This document shows, in pieces, positions 49,730-60,515 of a DNA stretch of 64,000 nucleotides; within the stretch, counting starts at the first letter, position 1, and each line of letters starts with the position of its first letter. The notes below the pieces were generated by a model. That model was not told the origin of the DNA, did not search any database, and saw only the letters and a program-made list of their open reading frames with translations. A program made the translations under genes and the position numbers. Origin of the DNA: Nostoc sp. (lineage in GTDB: Bacteria; Cyanobacteriota; Cyanobacteriia; Cyanobacteriales; Nostocaceae). The stretch is taken from NCBI GenBank assembly GCA_036918135.1, contig JBALDB010000017.1, positions 15,903-79,902 on the forward strand, given 5' to 3'.

Positions 49730-52084
49730 GTGAATAAAAGTAATATTTTGAGATGGTTCCAAGGGTTAGGATTAGCAGTGGGTAGTGCAGTATCTTTCTT
49801 TCCAAATTCTGTTACTGCACAAATACCAATCATTGAGGATGGTACTCTATCTACTAATTCTCTTGTTACAACACAGGGCAATATTACAACGATTGAAAAT
49901 GGAACCTTAGTAGGTAACAATTTGTTCCACAGTTTTAAAGAGTTTTCTGTACTTCCTGGGTATACTGCCGAGTTTAGAAATACTGAAGGTGTTGAGAACA
50001 TCATCAGTCGGGTAACAGGGAACTCTGTTTCTAATATTGAAGGCATCCTTAAAGCTCAACACAAAGCCAACCTGTTTATAATTAATCCCAACGGGATAAT
50101 TTTTGGCTCTGATGCTTCTTTACAGATTGGCGGTTCATTTGTTGCAAGTACGGCGAGTAGTCTAAATTTTGCTGACGGTACTAAATTTAGTGCCATAAAC
50201 CCCCAAACCACACCCTTACTGACAGTAAGTGTTCCTATTGGTTTACAATTCGGAGCAACTGCGGCTTCCATCCGTAATCAATCCCAAGCAAAGAATCCAG
50301 ATGGTAGAACAACTAATCTATTTAAGCAACCTGTCGGTCTACAAGTACAGCAAGACAAAACTTTGGCACTTGTAGGCGGTGAAATAATACTGGAGGGCGG
50401 AAATTTAACAGCAGCATCAGGACGAATTGAGCTAGGAAGTGTTGCTAGTAATAGTCTAGTTAGTCTGAAAGCTACAGACCAAGGTTGGAGTTTGGGATAT
50501 GAAGGTGTCCAAAATTTCCAGAATATTCAATTAATCCAAAGAGCTTTTAACAGTTCAGAGATTTCATCTATTGTAGATGCCAGTGGCGAGGGTGAGGGTA
50601 ATATCCAAGTGCAGGGCAAGACAATAGAACTAAGTGGTGATTTTGTGCGCTTGATCAGTTTGACTACAAGTGACAAACAAGGTGGAGATATAACAATTAA
50701 CAGTGAAAAATTAATTGTTCAAGATGGCGCACAAGTAGGCACTTCCACATTAAATAAGGGTTCAGGAGGAAATTTAATTATACATGCTACCGAGTTCGTG
50801 AAGTTGATTGGTAGCTCTTCGCCAGATACTATTACTACACTGTTTAGTACAACTTTTAGCGACGGAAATGCGGGTGACCTTACGATCAAAACTGGGACGT
50901 TGCGTGTGGAAAATGGGGCAGAAGTATCAGCAGGCTCTACAGGAATAGTGGGAGACCCACAATTAATAATAGCTCAAGGAAAAGGGGGGAATTTGACCGT
51001 GAATGCCTCCAAGTCCATTGAGCTAATAGGAACTGCGCCAACAGAAGATTTTCGTCCCAGCAGCTTGTCAACTTCAGCTATAAAGTACGGAAATACGGGA
51101 AAAATTAACATCACCACAGGGCAATTGCTTATCCAAGGTGGAGCTGTAGTTTCTGTAGATGTTGGGATTCCACCAAATGTAATTCCCCCAGAAGATACAA
51201 ATATTACAGAAATAACAGGTACATTAAATGTAGCCGCTCACTCCATACTTCTAGATGAAGGAACACTCACATCTAACAGTGACTCAGGTAAGGGTGGTAA
51301 TGTTACGCTACAGGTGCGGGACTTACTACTTATGCGCCGCAACAGCCAAATATCCACTAACGCCGCAGGTGATAAAACTGGCGGTAATATCACCATCAAT
51401 GCACCTAATGGCTTCATCGTTGCCCCTATTTTCGGAAATAGTGATATCACTGCTAATGGTTTCTCTGGTTCTGGTGGCAAAATCACAATCACTACTAAAA
51501 ACATCTTTGGATTTGTGACGCGCACCCGTGAAGATGTAGAGAGGCTTGACCCAACAGGCGAAATCAACCCGAATAATCTGCCAACAAATGACATCACTGC
51601 GTTTTCTCAGCAAAACCCTTTACCTTCATTCAGTGGCACAGTACAAATCAACTCACCGGATGTTGACCCCAGTAAGGGATTAGTAGAATTGCCTGTAAAT
51701 CTGGTTGATGCTTCCCAGCAAATTGTTGCTGGTTGTGGTTCTGGTGCAAAAACGGCCAGGAGTCTATTTAGTAACATTGGGCGTGGAGGAACAGTACCCG
51801 ATCCCATACAGCCATTGATAGGTGATGCAGTGCTGACAGATTGGATAACAGTGAATCCAGAAAGTAAGAATCGTGCTGAGAGTATGAAGAATAAAGTGGC
51901 TGTTGAAAAGCAGGGAAACACAGAAACACCACAGAAAGTAAATTCTGTCAATGAACCTAGTGAAATTGTGGAAGCCCAAGGATGGGTAATGGATGCCAAT
52001 GGTAACCTGGTTCTGGTTGCTCATGTACCGACTGGGATGCCCCATAATTCATCCCTTATGCCTGCATCTTGCACTGCTAACTAG
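49730..52084 (+). CDS. Filamentous haemagglutinin family (TpsA-like) exoprotein, paralog of 45970-48399
   Basis: Same motifs as the first copy. Likely GTG start at 49730 just before the signal peptide; the ORF track start is 49646. Confidence 0.9.
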   Translation: MNKSNILRWFQGLGLAVGSAVSFFPNSVTAQIPIIEDGTLSTNSLVTTQGNITTIENGTLVGNNLFHSFKEFSVLPGYTAEFRNTEGVENIISRVTGNSVSNIEGILKAQHKANLFIINPNGIIFGSDASLQIGGSFVASTASSLNFADGTKFSAINPQTTPLLTVSVPIGLQFGATAASIRNQSQAKNPDGRTTNLFKQPVGLQVQQDKTLALVGGEIILEGGNLTAASGRIELGSVASNSLVSLKATDQGWSLGYEGVQNFQNIQLIQRAFNSSEISSIVDASGEGEGNIQVQGKTIELSGDFVRLISLTTSDKQGGDITINSEKLIVQDGAQVGTSTLNKGSGGNLIIHATEFVKLIGSSSPDTITTLFSTTFSDGNAGDLTIKTGTLRVENGAEVSAGSTGIVGDPQLIIAQGKGGNLTVNASKSIELIGTAPTEDFRPSSLSTSAIKYGNTGKINITTGQLLIQGGAVVSVDVGIPPNVIPPEDTNITEITGTLNVAAHSILLDEGTLTSNSDSGKGGNVTLQVRDLLLMRRNSQISTNAAGDKTGGNITINAPNGFIVAPIFGNSDITANGFSGSGGKITITTKNIFGFVTRTREDVERLDPTGEINPNNLPTNDITAFSQQNPLPSFSGTVQINSPDVDPSKGLVELPVNLVDASQQIVAGCGSGAKTARSLFSNIGRGGTVPDPIQPLIGDAVLTDWITVNPESKNRAESMKNKVAVEKQGNTETPQKVNSVNEPSEIVEAQGWVMDANGNLVLVAHVPTGMPHNSSLMPASCTAN

Positions 52085-52235
52085 AATCCGCACTAAGTTA
52101 AAAATTCTCTGGTTCATTGTTCAATTCTCTTAACTTTGCGGCTATGCACGATGCCTACGGCTGGCTACACCTACGTAATTCCTGCTCCTTCTCCACAGCT
52201 TGTAGTTTCTATTTCAACTAGCCTCATATTAGGGC

Positions 52236-52433
52236 ATGAATCTAGAATTTGAGTGGGATAACCAAAAAGCTACTTTAAATCTCAACAAGCACGGCATCAG
52301 CTTTGAAGTGGCTAAGAGAGTCTTCAACGACTCTCTAGCTTATATATTCAATGTTAGCAATAGTTTTACCTCCAGCAAGAACCGCCCTCTGCCTCCTGCC
52401 TCCTGCTATAACTGCTCACTCAGCACGGGCTAA
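52236..52433 (+). pseudogene. Truncated BrnT-family (DUF497) toxin
   Basis: FEWD..K...NL.KHGISFE.A..VF.D N-terminus; similarity ends at ~52349 where a MITE-like fragment begins; no antitoxin ORF seen. Confidence 0.75.
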
Positions 52434-52503
52434 ACGCCCCGTTGGCGCAGCCCAAGGTAGAGAAGAAAGCTAACAGCACTCCCAATGTCCAATGCCCCGC
52501 TAT

Positions 52504-53535
52504 TTAATTTGTCTCCTGAATTTGCAAACGTACTGTGTGTTCTGTCGCGCCACTCAGTTGCAATTCCATGATTTCACCACCTAGAGGTTCTAAGCAATTG
52601 AGGAGCGATCGCAAGTTGGGTGTACTTGCGCCAGTATCTACATATAATCTATCTGCTAAATTGCTGATACGTTTCCAAGTCATGTAAAGTTTGGCAATGG
52701 TTTGTTCGATTTGAGATGCTTGATTGACTAAATCAGCAGCAATACTTAAACAGCCGACTCTTTGCGCTTCTTCTAAGGCTGTTTCAATATCAATATTTTC
52801 TTGGACTAAGGCCTGGACTTGAGCTGCTCCTTTAAGGTATTTTGCTAAGTTACGCGCTTCTGTAGTAACCTGTTTTAAGGTATCTACATCAGGATTGGCA
52901 GCTATTTCCTTTTGGATCAACTTTTGGTGTGATTCTGGCAGTTTTTCCATTTCCTTTACCAGAGGGGCAATGTAGCGTGGTGGAAGGGTGTTATCTGCGG
53001 CTTTTGCCTTGACGGGTTCGGGCAGTAATTCTGAGGACATAGCTGTCCATTCATCGGTGAGTTGTCGTACTTCCCGCCTGGTGATGCGATCGCCTTTTTG
53101 AGCAGCTTCACTCACCATGTGTTGTACTTCTGGGACTGCTTTGGAGGTTTCCACAAATGCCCGTTTGCTAAAGTTATTCACTGCGCTAGGGTCTAGTTTG
53201 CCTTCTTCTAAAAGGGTATCGGCACTATTAGCCAGTTGAATCCAGGCATAAGCTTGACTTTTGCTGATTTCTCGCTCTTTTAGCCATCTGAGAAAGCCCG
53301 TACCCCGTCCGTCACCACCAACTTTCTCTCTGTCGCGGATTGCCCGTAAAATTCGCCCCCGCCAGATTTCAGTTTGCAGATCGAAGCGATCGCATACTTG
53401 CCAAGCTATTTCAAGCTGCTGTTGAAAATCTGACTCTAAAATCTGTTCATCTTCTGGATCGGGCAGTTCAAAGGTAAGATCTGCTGGCTGTTGCAAAGCA
53501 GCAGCAAGGTCGTTGATGGAGTCGGTATCTTGCAC
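52504..53535 (-). CDS. Conserved cyanobacterial hypothetical protein
   Basis: Long helical ORF with GTG start; GTGFLRWLKEREISKSQAYAWIQLA resembles an HTH-like segment. Confidence 0.8.
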   Translation of the reverse strand: MQDTDSINDLAAALQQPADLTFELPDPEDEQILESDFQQQLEIAWQVCDRFDLQTEIWRGRILRAIRDREKVGGDGRGTGFLRWLKEREISKSQAYAWIQLANSADTLLEEGKLDPSAVNNFSKRAFVETSKAVPEVQHMVSEAAQKGDRITRREVRQLTDEWTAMSSELLPEPVKAKAADNTLPPRYIAPLVKEMEKLPESHQKLIQKEIAANPDVDTLKQVTTEARNLAKYLKGAAQVQALVQENIDIETALEEAQRVGCLSIAADLVNQASQIEQTIAKLYMTWKRISNLADRLYVDTGASTPNLRSLLNCLEPLGGEIMELQLSGATEHTVRLQIQETN

Positions 53536-53699
53536 GATTGATAGTTAACAAGTAGTATATGCGACCGGCTTATTATGCCACAATCTGTGAATTCTAACTT
53601 AAGGGGTAAGACGGTATTTACAATTACAAGAGAATAATGAGAAAGGGGTAAACCACCTCAGTGAAATTTTTCTTATTCAAACACAATAAAAATAAAATC

Positions 53700-54686
53700 A
53701 TGAACCAGGTAGACTACCTCCGGATTAGTTTAATCGATCGCTGCAACTTCCGTTGTCAATACTGTATGCCAGAGGGAGTAGAACTGGACTATATTCTCAA
53801 GCAACAGCTGTTGAGTGATGAAGAACTGCTCACTCTCGTGCAAGAGGTATTTATTCCTCTTGGTTTTAGCCGCTTTCGTTTGACTGGCGGTGAACCATTA
53901 TTACGTCCGGGCGTAGTAGATTTGGTCAGTGCGATCGCTTCTTTTCCCCAAACTCAAGACTTGTCAATGACCACCAACGGGTTTTTGCTTGCTTCTATGG
54001 CACAAAACCTCTACGATGCAGGTTTGCGACGGATTAATATTAGTCTCGACTCTCTCGAACCCGACACTTTTGACCAAATTATTGGCAATCGCGGTCGTTC
54101 TCGTTGGCAACAAGTTTGGCAAGGAATTCAAGTTGCTTATGAAGTCGGATTTGACCCACTCAAGCTGAATGTGGTAGTCATTCCTGGCATTAATGATGGC
54201 GAAGTTCTAGATTTAGCTGCCCTGACAATTGATAAAGAGTGGCATGTTAGATTTATTGAGTTCATGCCCATTGGCAATTTTAATTTGTTTGACGATCGCG
54301 GTTGGGTATCTTCGGTTGATTTACGCCAACGTATCCGAGAACGCTGGGGCTTGACAGAATCCCAAGTTCGTGGCTCTGGGCCTGCTGATGTGTTTAAAAT
54401 TCCTGGAGCCAAGGGAACACTGGGATTTATTAGTCAGATGTCGGAATGTTTTTGCGATCGTTGTAACCGGATGCGCCTGAGTGCCGATGGTTGGTTGCGT
54501 CCGTGTTTATTGAATGAAATTGGTCAACTCGACCTGAAAACAGCTCTGCGTTCTGGTACTAGTATTGCTCAACTACAAGAGCAGGTAAAGCGTTTACTAG
54601 CAATCAAGCCAGAAATCAACTTTAAGGCACGCGACTCTGGTACTAAGGATGCATACATTCGTACCATGTCGCAAATTGGTGGATAG
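53700..54686 (+). CDS. moaA: GTP 3',8-cyclase (molybdopterin biosynthesis)
   Basis: [42 protein letters not shown]-terminal MSQIGG; ATG at 53700. Confidence 0.97.
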   Translation: MNQVDYLRISLIDRCNFRCQYCMPEGVELDYILKQQLLSDEELLTLVQEVFIPLGFSRFRLTGGEPLLRPGVVDLVSAIASFPQTQDLSMTTNGFLLASMAQNLYDAGLRRINISLDSLEPDTFDQIIGNRGRSRWQQVWQGIQVAYEVGFDPLKLNVVVIPGINDGEVLDLAALTIDKEWHVRFIEFMPIGNFNLFDDRGWVSSVDLRQRIRERWGLTESQVRGSGPADVFKIPGAKGTLGFISQMSECFCDRCNRMRLSADGWLRPCLLNEIGQLDLKTALRSGTSIAQLQEQVKRLLAIKPEINFKARDSGTKDAYIRTMSQIGG

Positions 54687-54879
54687 TCATTGGTGATTGG
54701 TTCTGTGTTACAAAGTTCCGATTGCTAAAAGTCAGCGAGTCGTGACTTTGCGCTTTGTCATTTTTATTTTGAAAATAACTAAAATTAACGGTAATTTTCC
54801 CTATATATAGGAATCTTATTTGATTTTTGAAAAAGATTACGAGATAATACGGATAAGTGTACAAGTGTAAGAGCAGACA

Positions 54880-55156
54880 ATGATAAATCAGCATCTACAA
54901 ACTGCAACACTACCTGGAGGAGTGGCAACTGCGATAGTCAAATTGCTTTACCAAGATTACTTGTACGAAGAAATCCAAACTATTTTAGATGTGTCTTTAG
55001 GCTCGATAACAAACTGGAAACAAGCCTATGAGCAGTATGAAATTAATGGACTGTGCTTGAACTACAAAGGAAGAAAGAGCTACCTGAATGTTGAACACCG
55101 AGAAGAAAGTGTTAAGTTGACTCTCTACCAATAACTGCTGGGAACTGGGTGAATTA
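54880..55156 (+). mobile_element. IS630-family transposase N-terminal relic
   Basis: HTH-like EEIQTILDVSLGSITNWKQAY...GL.LNYKGRKSYL; broken, with a continuation CWELGEL after the stop. Confidence 0.65.
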
Positions 55157-55158
55157 GG

Positions 55159-55262
55159 GCAAATTTAGAAGGTGCCGATTTAACTAGTGCTAACTTGAGC
55201 CAAGTTTTTACAAGTGATATTGACTTCAGCGCTACGAACTTAACAAATCTTAAACTGACTCA
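55159..55262 (+). pseudogene. Pentapeptide-repeat gene fragment
   Basis: ANLEGADLTSANLSQVFTSDIDFSATNLTNLKLT with no start codon, fused to the IS relic. Confidence 0.55.
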
Positions 55263-55335
55263 GCATATATCAGTATTTTATACGCTTTGCAGTAACTTAT
55301 TATACAAAAAAATATAGGGAAGGAGTAAATTAATT

Positions 55336-57144
55336 GTGACTACTAAATCTTTACTGAGTAAGTGGAGGTTAAGCTTCAAGCTATATCTTACTCTCGTATT
55401 TATTTTGACAATAGTGATTGTCATCATCTTTTCCAGACTGAGTATAACTATAGCTGCTGATTCATTGCTAGATCCAAGAACTCAACCGAAGTTCATCAAT
55501 TCGCTGCCGTCTTTAGGGAGGATAGATGCTACAAAGGGTGGTCACTTCGATGTAGAGATAGGACAAACTAAGCAATGGCTTGGACTATATAGCAGTCCTG
55601 GTGCGGATGGCAAATATGGTACAAAAGATGATGCACGCTTGAATACAACAGTTTGGGGGTATGGCTTAAGAGGACAAAAGGCTGTTACTTACCCAGGTTC
55701 CACATTCGTGACACGAAAAGACGTACCGATTGAAGTGCTGTGGGACAACAAACTACCAAAAACCGGACATCTTTTTCCAGTAGACAAGAGCATCATTACA
55801 AAATCGGTTGAAAACGCTCTTTCTAAAGGGCTTGTACCTACAGTGACGCATGTGCATGGCGGTCATACTGAGTGGACTAGCGACGGATATTCCGAAGCTT
55901 GGTTTACCCAAGATTTTTCCCAAACCGGACCCAGTTGGGTTAAAAAGAACTATAGTTATGCAAATGACAATGAGCGGGCAGCGACACTTTTATATCACGA
56001 CCACATTCTCAGTAACAATCGTTTAAGTGTATATGCTGGTCTTACAGGTTTCTATTTGCTAAGGGATAACAACGAAATTAATTTAATTAATCGCAGTATT
56101 TTGCCTAGTGGTGACTACGAGAAAGAACTGATTATCCAGGATCGAGATTTTACTGCCAAGGGTCAGCTTTATTACCCACCTGGTTCAAATTATCCAGATG
56201 CTCCATATCCAAGTACAGTGCCAAATTTCTACGGTAATTTCATCCTAGTAAATGGCATGGCCTGGCCAAAGTTGGCGGTCGAACCTAGAAAGTACCGTTT
56301 GCGCTTGGCAAACGGTTCAAATTCGCGCTTCTACAATCTGAATTTCAACGATTCAAAGGAAAAGTTTTACGAAATCGGCACTGAGCAAGGCTTATTAGAA
56401 AAACCAGTCGCGCTGAAAAATTTAGTTCTTGCTCCCGGTGAACGCGCTGATGTAGTTGTTGACTTCACTGGCGATGCGGGAAAAGAATTCATCATCAGAA
56501 ACTTCGATGATAAAGCTGATTTGGAGCTTACAGGTCAGATAATGAAGATTACGGTGCAACAACCACTTTCAAATATTCCAAATGCGACAGTCGATACTAA
56601 TGAAAGTGATGGACTGACAACACAGTTGCTACCTAACAAGATTACACCTCCTGTTCAAACCGGACTGACTCGGCAACTGGTTCTTTTTGAAAATACGGAT
56701 GAATACGGTCGTAAGCTCTTAGAGCAGGGTACATTGGCTGACGGCTCATTGCGCTATGACGAACCAATTACTGAGAAACCAAAACTCGGCACAACTGAAG
56801 TTTGGGAATTATACAACACAACACAGGAGCCACACCCAATTCACTTGCATTTGGTTTCCTTCTTGATTTTAAATCGACAGAATTTTGCTGGCAGTGCAAC
56901 TCCAATTATCAAAGACCCTCGTAAGACCAAGCTATTTCTACAAAGCGCTGGTCTAATTGGCAATCCTGAGTCTCCACCACTCTCTCAAAAAGGTTGGAAA
57001 GACACCGTAGTTGTTTACCCAGGTGAAGTTGTTCGCATTATTGCCACCTTCGACAAACCGGGGTATTATCTCTGGCACTGTCACATCCTAGAACACGAAG
57101 ACTTCGATATGATGCGACGCTTTCAAGTTGTGGCAACTCCCTAA
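55336..57144 (+). CDS. Three-domain multicopper oxidase (CotA/bilirubin oxidase-like), exported or membrane-anchored
   Basis: Copper motifs HVHG, YHDH, HPIHLH, HCHILEHEDFDMM; N-terminal hydrophobic segment. Confidence 0.93.
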   Translation: MTTKSLLSKWRLSFKLYLTLVFILTIVIVIIFSRLSITIAADSLLDPRTQPKFINSLPSLGRIDATKGGHFDVEIGQTKQWLGLYSSPGADGKYGTKDDARLNTTVWGYGLRGQKAVTYPGSTFVTRKDVPIEVLWDNKLPKTGHLFPVDKSIITKSVENALSKGLVPTVTHVHGGHTEWTSDGYSEAWFTQDFSQTGPSWVKKNYSYANDNERAATLLYHDHILSNNRLSVYAGLTGFYLLRDNNEINLINRSILPSGDYEKELIIQDRDFTAKGQLYYPPGSNYPDAPYPSTVPNFYGNFILVNGMAWPKLAVEPRKYRLRLANGSNSRFYNLNFNDSKEKFYEIGTEQGLLEKPVALKNLVLAPGERADVVVDFTGDAGKEFIIRNFDDKADLELTGQIMKITVQQPLSNIPNATVDTNESDGLTTQLLPNKITPPVQTGLTRQLVLFENTDEYGRKLLEQGTLADGSLRYDEPITEKPKLGTTEVWELYNTTQEPHPIHLHLVSFLILNRQNFAGSATPIIKDPRKTKLFLQSAGLIGNPESPPLSQKGWKDTVVVYPGEVVRIIATFDKPGYYLWHCHILEHEDFDMMRRFQVVATP

Positions 57145-57239
57145 AACTTTACCAAACAAAGGCAGAGGGCAGCTAACAGTCAACAGTCAACTGTTAACAC
57201 CAGCAATATTTCACTTTCTTATTTAAGACTGCTATATTA

Positions 57240-57276
57240 CAAAGTCTGAGCAAAGAAAACCTCAGCTCAGACTTTG
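57240..57276. terminator. Hairpin between the convergent oxidase and rpsD genes
   Basis: CAAAGTCTGAGC...GCTCAGACTTTG 12-bp stem. Confidence 0.6.
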
Positions 57277-57300
57277 AGATTTGCCTAAAGCAAATGACTA

Positions 57301-57909
57301 TTACGCTTGTCGTGAGTAGTATTCCACCACGAGCAGTTCGTTAATTTGCAGTGCCACCCATTCCCGCTCAATAATGCTGTTAACTTTACCAACCAATTTA
57401 TTTTTGTCAAACTCCAGATGACTAGGGAGATTGGCTAAACCTGGATATTGCAAATTATTTTCTACTAACTTCCGTGATTGTTCCCGGTCTCTGACAGCAA
57501 TTACCTCACCAGCACGGCACTGATAGCTGGCAATATTAACCACACGACCGTTAACAGTGATATGACCGTGGTTCACCAGTTGGCGAGCTGCTGGAATCGT
57601 CGGAGCTAAACCCAGACGAAAAACGGTATTATCCAAACGCATTTCTAGCAATTGCAGCAACACTTGTCCGGTAGAACCAGTAACACGTCTAGCTTTGCGG
57701 ACATAACGCAGCAGTTGCTTTTCCGTCAAACCGTAATTGAAGCGGAGCTTTTGCTTTTCTTCAAGACGGATGGCATATTCAGAGCGCTTCTTGCGGTTCT
57801 GACCATGCTGACCTGGCGGATAAGCGCGTCTGGCGCTTTTACGAGTTAATCCTGGCAGGTCGCCCAAGCGACGTATAATTCTGAGGCGTGGCCCTCTATA
57901 TCGGGACAT
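57301..57909 (-). CDS. rpsD: 30S ribosomal protein S4
   Basis: [36 protein letters not shown]. Confidence 0.99.
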   Translation of the reverse strand: MSRYRGPRLRIIRRLGDLPGLTRKSARRAYPPGQHGQNRKKRSEYAIRLEEKQKLRFNYGLTEKQLLRYVRKARRVTGSTGQVLLQLLEMRLDNTVFRLGLAPTIPAARQLVNHGHITVNGRVVNIASYQCRAGEVIAVRDREQSRKLVENNLQYPGLANLPSHLEFDKNKLVGKVNSIIEREWVALQINELLVVEYYSRQA

Positions 57910-58491
57910 GAGTTTCCTTAATCTAATCCTGTTTAAACTTTACCCAAACATTTTATTTTGACACTCCACTGATTAAAAATCAGGAGATTCTTGGTTCTAC
58001 GAAGTTGCTTGTGGTATGACATATCCTATCAAAGTACAGGCATCCTCTCCCCAAGCGTAAATTCCGACGTGCCGTATCGTACTCTTGCCAATTAGTTTTT
58101 TGTGTTTATTTGGTTTTGTAGGCTACTCAATCGTTAAATTGATTTACGCAGTATTATTACTCTGAAATACTTTTGACGTTACCTACTTAGAGCGAAATTT
58201 AGAATTGGTGAATTTACAACTCAGCAGTAAAACAAGCTTTTTGCTTGGCTACCAGACTCAGGTTATGTACTTCACTTTCCTTGAATCTGCTCTGTTTTTC
58301 AAAGAATTCTCATATTAACACAATTTATTATATTAACACAATTTCGAGCAGAATTAATCGTATCTGGATATTACTAGTTTGAATGCTCAATCCAAAAGCA
58401 TTGTGACTGCTTAATTGGTGAATTTTGAATGCTGACATCTCAATTGTGCTTGATTACTGAGGATTTTTAAAATATTTGAGTTAGCATTACT

Positions 58492-59151
58492 TTGGGTGTT
58501 TGGAGAATGGCAATGTTAAAGAGCAAAAAAGCGGTTAGCAAAGGTGAGAACAAACAAGGCAGTTCTACTTTGAGGATTTTAACAGTACCAGTTTTGGCAA
58601 TAGCTGGATTGTTGACAACGATACCTAATATGGCGATCGCTGCCTCCTACAGGAATGATTACAGTGTCTGTGCAACTGGCCTGCTGAAGGTAGGTATAAC
58701 ACAACAAGCAGCATCACAAGGTTGTGCAAAGGCACTACGTCCCAGGGATTTTGGTGCTTGCGTCGTGAAAATTAACAAGCAAACTCAAATTACAGCTCCA
58801 GATGCTCTTTCTTATTGTGCCAGAGCTAGACGTCCTGAGGAGTTAGCTACCTGTGTAGTCGGTGTCAGCTCCATGACTAAGGAAGCAGTTAATCCAGCAG
58901 TTCTAAATTACTGTGGTCGCAGTTTGTTACCAGTGCGCTTTGGTCAGTGTGTAGTCGGCTTACTTAGTAAAATTGAGCTTCCCCCTACTCAGGCCTTAGA
59001 CACATGTATTGATGGCAGCGACAGCAGCGTTATCGGTGATTCATCTTCATCTACACCACCCATTATATTACCTGCCGGTTCAAGTCCTGGTTTCGAGACT
59101 ACGCCACCTGCAACACAACCAATTATTCCAGTGCAGCCCGGTACTAATTAA
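58492..59151 (+). CDS. Secreted Cys-rich hypothetical protein with internal repeats
   Basis: Signal-like segment ending AIA; repeated C..A.RP.....CV units; Pro/Thr tail. Start uncertain (ATG at 58507 or 58513). Confidence 0.75.
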   Translation: MGVWRMAMLKSKKAVSKGENKQGSSTLRILTVPVLAIAGLLTTIPNMAIAASYRNDYSVCATGLLKVGITQQAASQGCAKALRPRDFGACVVKINKQTQITAPDALSYCARARRPEELATCVVGVSSMTKEAVNPAVLNYCGRSLLPVRFGQCVVGLLSKIELPPTQALDTCIDGSDSSVIGDSSSSTPPIILPAGSSPGFETTPPATQPIIPVQPGTN

Positions 59152-59195
59152 ATTAGGTGCTTTGCAATTGATTTGAAATACAGGTTGACTATCTA

Positions 59196-59220
59196 TAGAG
59201 TTGGTTATTAGCCAACTCTA
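59196..59220. terminator. Hairpin downstream of 58492-59151
   Basis: TAGAGTTGG-TTATTAG-CCAACTCTA. Confidence 0.5.
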
Positions 59221-59591
59221 TTCAATTACAGCACTCACAAGTTAAAAATCAGAATAAGGAAGTAAAACAGGCTTGATGCCAGGGTTTAAAATTTCGTTTG
59301 TGTACTCGACCAACTTAAAATTGAGTATAGGAGCAATTTTTAGGTAATTAAAATACCCTACCAAGTATTTTGGTTCAAATAAATGCAAAATACTACAATG
59401 CTCCTCTTTGATGCACGGAGGAGTTGGAGAGAGGTTAGTCGAACTCAGGTTAGGGAACTCCAAGAAATAAATTATCCCCTTTACAGTTGCTGACTGTTGA
59501 GTGTTAACCGTTTGTGAACAGTGGAATAATTTTTGATTTGGAAGTCCCTTAATTATTCAGCTTTGGGAATTGTAAATTTGGCACAGTTGTA

Positions 59592-60515
<924 letters not shown>

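Noticed and set aside
53700..54686. Radical SAM maturase for the Cys peptides
   Set aside because: It has canonical MoaA motifs, including the C-terminal GG; housekeeping.
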